Assembly: GCA_964239055.1 (NCBI GenBank)
Contig: CAXSON010000009.1
Span: 1 to 64,000, forward strand
From: Fusobacterium perfoetens ATCC 29250
GTDB lineage: Bacteria > Fusobacteriota > Fusobacteriia > Fusobacteriales > Fusobacteriaceae
Length of the DNA stretch: 64,000 nt
Direction of reading: 5' to 3'
The notes under the pieces were generated by a model that saw only the letters and a list, made by a program, of their open reading frames with translations, was not told the DNA's origin and did no database searches. Position numbers and translations under genes: made by a program. Shown here one piece after another: positions 61,285-64,000 of this stretch. The first letter of the stretch is position 1; each line of letters begins with the position of its first letter.

Positions 61285-61428
61285 ATGCCGTCCCCTGTAA
61301 AATTAATCTTAAAATTCAGCTAATATTAATATATTATACCATTTTTCACTTTATTTTTACAGTTTTTTACAAATATAAAAACGGTTTTCCAATATAAAAT
61401 ATTTTTTATACTGAAAAACCGAAATTTT

Positions 61429-62004
61429 TTAAAGCCCTGTATTTTCAACAGACATTACGACAGATATTCTCTTTTCAAATTTTTTTCCATTTTCAATTAC
61501 ACCTATGCTGAACCCTTCATTTAAATTATGAAGTTTTTTAGCTCTCATTTTGTAATATCTTTCATTTTCTTTTATCTTATCAAATCCTGCACTTATATCT
61601 TTTACTATTTTATTTTCTGAAACAAGAACAATAAGATTTTCTGCTCCAAATAAAGCAGAACTTGTATTATAATCCCCTACTACTAATATCTGACCTTTTT
61701 CTGTTATGTATTCCCCTTCAATTACAGCTATATTTGCTGTAAGAGAATTTCTTTTAATTTCTTCTCCATTTTCTTTAAATCTGTCAAAGAAATTATATTC
61801 TCTCAATTTATTTATAAAATCTTTTCCCGTCAATTCCCAAGAATCTCCAAGAGCTGTCGTTTTATTTTTATCCAGTAAAGAAAGAATTTTTTCCTGTGCA
61901 TCTTTCACAGTAAAAACTCTATGGATAAGATATCCTTTATCAAGAAGAACACTGCTAAGTCTGTCCAGTTTCTTCTCTTTATACCATTTTAAATTTTCTT
62001 CCAT
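61429..62004 (-). CDS. LUD-domain (DUF162, LutC/YkgG-like) protein
   Basis: 191 aa; LUD-like core. Confidence 0.5.
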   Translation of the reverse strand: MEENLKWYKEKKLDRLSSVLLDKGYLIHRVFTVKDAQEKILSLLDKNKTTALGDSWELTGKDFINKLREYNFFDRFKENGEEIKRNSLTANIAVIEGEYITEKGQILVVGDYNTSSALFGAENLIVLVSENKIVKDISAGFDKIKENERYYKMRAKKLHNLNEGFSIGVIENGKKFEKRISVVMSVENTGL

Positions 62005-62015
62005 ACTTCTACCAC

Positions 62016-62654
62016 CTAGTACCCTAAATTATCATTAATAAATATGATATATGTTTTTCCAAAAGGTCTGTTTCCGCTTTTTACTGCAGAAACAAGGTTG
62101 CACATTCTCATACCTGTTGTACAGTCTTCACATTTTCCTGTAAAGTTACAAGGTGTTTTATGATTAAGTCTTTTGGAATTTAAAGGTCCTGCATAGTAAA
62201 GTCTTTCATACCCTTCATGAATATCTTTTACTATTTTGTTAACACCTGTTATTACTATAACATTTTTTGGTCCGTATGCCATTCCTGCAACACGGTTTCC
62301 TCCAGAATCAATCTGCATAAGGAAGCCGTCTTCGGTAACAGCATTTGTTCCTGTTACCAAAAAATCACTTAAAAGTGATTCTCTCATGACTTTGACAGTG
62401 GCTTCCCATGTAGGTTGATTAAATCTTTCAAAAAACTTATACTTGTCAGTTCTAAATTTTTTAAGAAGTTCTGTCATATTTAAAGTGACAGAACCTCCCA
62501 TACTTATAGAACTTCCTTCAGGTATAAGATTAATTGCAGCTTTTTCCGCTTCCGCAGGAGTATCTACTACTTCCACTTCAAATCCGTTTTCTTTTAAACT
62601 TTTTATTGTTCTCTCTAATTTATCTTTAATAAACAAAGATTTTATCTCTTCCAT
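62016..62654 (-). CDS. LUD-domain protein with C-terminal cysteine cluster
   Basis: 212 aa; C-terminal CNFTGKCEDCTTGMRMCN. Confidence 0.5.
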   Translation of the reverse strand: MEEIKSLFIKDKLERTIKSLKENGFEVEVVDTPAEAEKAAINLIPEGSSISMGGSVTLNMTELLKKFRTDKYKFFERFNQPTWEATVKVMRESLLSDFLVTGTNAVTEDGFLMQIDSGGNRVAGMAYGPKNVIVITGVNKIVKDIHEGYERLYYAGPLNSKRLNHKTPCNFTGKCEDCTTGMRMCNLVSAVKSGNRPFGKTYIIFINDNLGY

Positions 62655-62678
62655 AACTTCCTCCGGAAATTTAAGCTC

Positions 62679-64000
62679 TTATTTTGCTTCTGCTTCTTTT
62701 TCTTTAGCTTCTCTTCTTAATCTTAAAGTTTCAGCATTAGCATCAACTCTTTTCTTAGAAAGAGGGTAAACAAGCATAAACATTATTACAACAAGTGTAA
62801 ATAAAGTTGCTGGTGCAACAGTTGCAAGTCTATAGATTCCATCTAAAACTTCTTGAGTTTGTTCTTTAACTCCTGATTGGAATCCAATTATTGCAAGTGC
62901 ATATCCAACTAAACTGCTTCCTAGAGCCTGTCCTACTTTTCTTGAGAATGAATATATTGCATAAAGTGTTCCGTCTTCTCTTTTTCCTGTTTTTATTTCA
63001 GCATCGTCGATAACGTCAATGATTGCTCCCCAAATTACATATCCGAAGAATGTTACTCCAGAGAATCCAACTGATGCAATTCCAACATAAACCCAAGGAT
63101 TTTTAATATGTAAGAAACTTAATGCAGCGAATACAACAGCAGCAAATCCAACTGCTATACTTATTGCTTCTCTTTTTCCTAATTTTTTAACTATTAAAGT
63201 TACAACTGTTGCCATACTTAAAGCTATTCCAAGTTTTATTGCATTGTATGTTGAAAGAGCTGCAGGCATTTTGAAATAATAAGCATATAGGTAAGCATTT
63301 ACTCCACCTGTTAAAAGGTTACCGAATATTAAGCAAACTGTACCTCCTAAAATACCTATCATAGCACGGTTGCTAACTATCATTTTAACTGATTTGAAGA
63401 ATGAAATTCCTTCTCCTTTTGGTAAAGGCGGAACTTTTATACGTTCAGTTGTACAAGTGTAGCATACATAATAGCATATTAATGCAACTATTGAAATTCC
63501 TCCTGCCATAACAGGGAAAATATTACCATTGTTTCTGATGAAAACTTGAGTAACACCATTGTTCATTACACGTTCGTAAATGATGATTGGTCCAAAGAAT
63601 CCTACCATAAATTCACCAACATAAGCTCCGATAGCTCTGAATGTAATAAGTGATTGTCTTTCATCTGGTTTGTCTGTAATTGCAGATGCCATTGCTCCGT
63701 ATGGAATATTTACTCCTGTAAAACAAATACTTCCATATAATAAATAAGTAATGTACATATAAATTATTTTAAATGCCATTGGCTGATCTCTTAATGCTGA
63801 TTGATACATTAAGAAACTTGCTATTGTAACTGGAAGAGCCATTATTCTGATCCATTTTTTGAATTTTCCGTCTCTACCTTGAGGTGTAACGTCAATAATT
63901 CTTCCCATTGTAACGTCTGTAAAAGCATCTATAAGTCTTGCTACAAGGAACATTGTTCCTACTACTGTTGGTTTCATTCCCCATACTTGAGTATAGAAAA
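62679..64000 (-). CDS. GPH-family (glycoside-pentoside-hexuronide):cation symporter, 5'-partial (N-terminus beyond window end)
   Basis: MFS/GPH pattern; the reading frame stays open upstream of the ORF-track Met through ...FYTQVWGM, matching the conserved GPH FFYTDV motif, so the true start lies beyond 64000. Confidence 0.7.
   Translation of the reverse strand, partial: FYTQVWGMKPTVVGTMFLVARLIDAFTDVTMGRIIDVTPQGRDGKFKKWIRIMALPVTIASFLMYQSALRDQPMAFKIIYMYITYLLYGSICFTGVNIPYGAMASAITDKPDERQSLITFRAIGAYVGEFMVGFFGPIIIYERVMNNGVTQVFIRNNGNIFPVMAGGISIVALICYYVCYTCTTERIKVPPLPKGEGISFFKSVKMIVSNRAMIGILGGTVCLIFGNLLTGGVNAYLYAYYFKMPAALSTYNAIKLGIALSMATVVTLIVKKLGKREAISIAVGFAAVVFAALSFLHIKNPWVYVGIASVGFSGVTFFGYVIWGAIIDVIDDAEIKTGKREDGTLYAIYSFSRKVGQALGSSLVGYALAIIGFQSGVKEQTQEVLDGIYRLATVAPATLFTLVVIMFMLVYPLSKKRVDANAETLRLRREAKEKEAEAK

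Overview
This is an AT-rich bacterial chromosomal segment. Its gene content and the tmRNA tag (ending NNEYALAA) point to Fusobacterium, a genus-level guess that was not searched against any database. The window is densely coded, mostly core genes with a few accessory islands. The main blocks, in order:
- ppaC (family II pyrophosphatase with CBS insert), ygiQ (radical SAM) and der.
- Two tRNAs (Lys-CTT, Gly-TCC), corA, and tmRNA (ssrA) next to smpB.
- rnr, yqeK, a GerMN-domain protein, an amidase and yajC.
- A heat-shock block on the minus strand: a CIRCE operator, then hrcA-grpE-dnaK-ogt-(aldose epimerase)-dnaJ.
- An SPFH/lipoprotein/unknown trio.
- A tetR-family gene next to a fadL-like gene.
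- A thiamine operon (tenA-thiS-thiG-thiH-thiF-thiE) controlled by a TPP riboswitch with a terminator expression platform.
- ywaF, an RNase H with a viroplasmin-like N-terminal domain, a MATE transporter, a Ca-type P-type ATPase and bioB.
- An operon of a regulator-like protein, a DUF3100 membrane protein, a second membrane protein and an M20 amidohydrolase.
- nhaP2, an orphan Kdo/RIO-like kinase-fold protein, and a tripartite RND efflux operon.
- An SGNH hydrolase and rlmA.
- A leader region upstream of a YjiH-family transporter, then a second MATE gene and a CAP-domain protein.
- A chondroitin-sulfate utilisation locus: chondroitinase ABC, a membrane AraC-type one-component sensor, two LUD-domain proteins and a GPH symporter truncated at the window end.

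I found no CRISPR array, integrase, transposase or recognisable phage-defence genes.

The most novel signal is a family of about 130-155 bp structured intergenic repeats with terminal inverted repeats (MITE-like). It has five copies in 64 kb, falling into two subfamilies. Three different base pairs in its central hairpin are maintained by compensatory changes, and one copy sits inside the thi operon between thiS and thiG.

Other points worth follow-up:
- A 38-codon upstream ORF that runs through an intrinsic terminator in the leader of the YjiH-family transporter.
- Twin perfect palindromes (TTGACTnnnnAGTCAA) overlapping the promoter of the orphan kinase-like gene.
- TGTTATGAAAT direct repeats around the tetR promoter.
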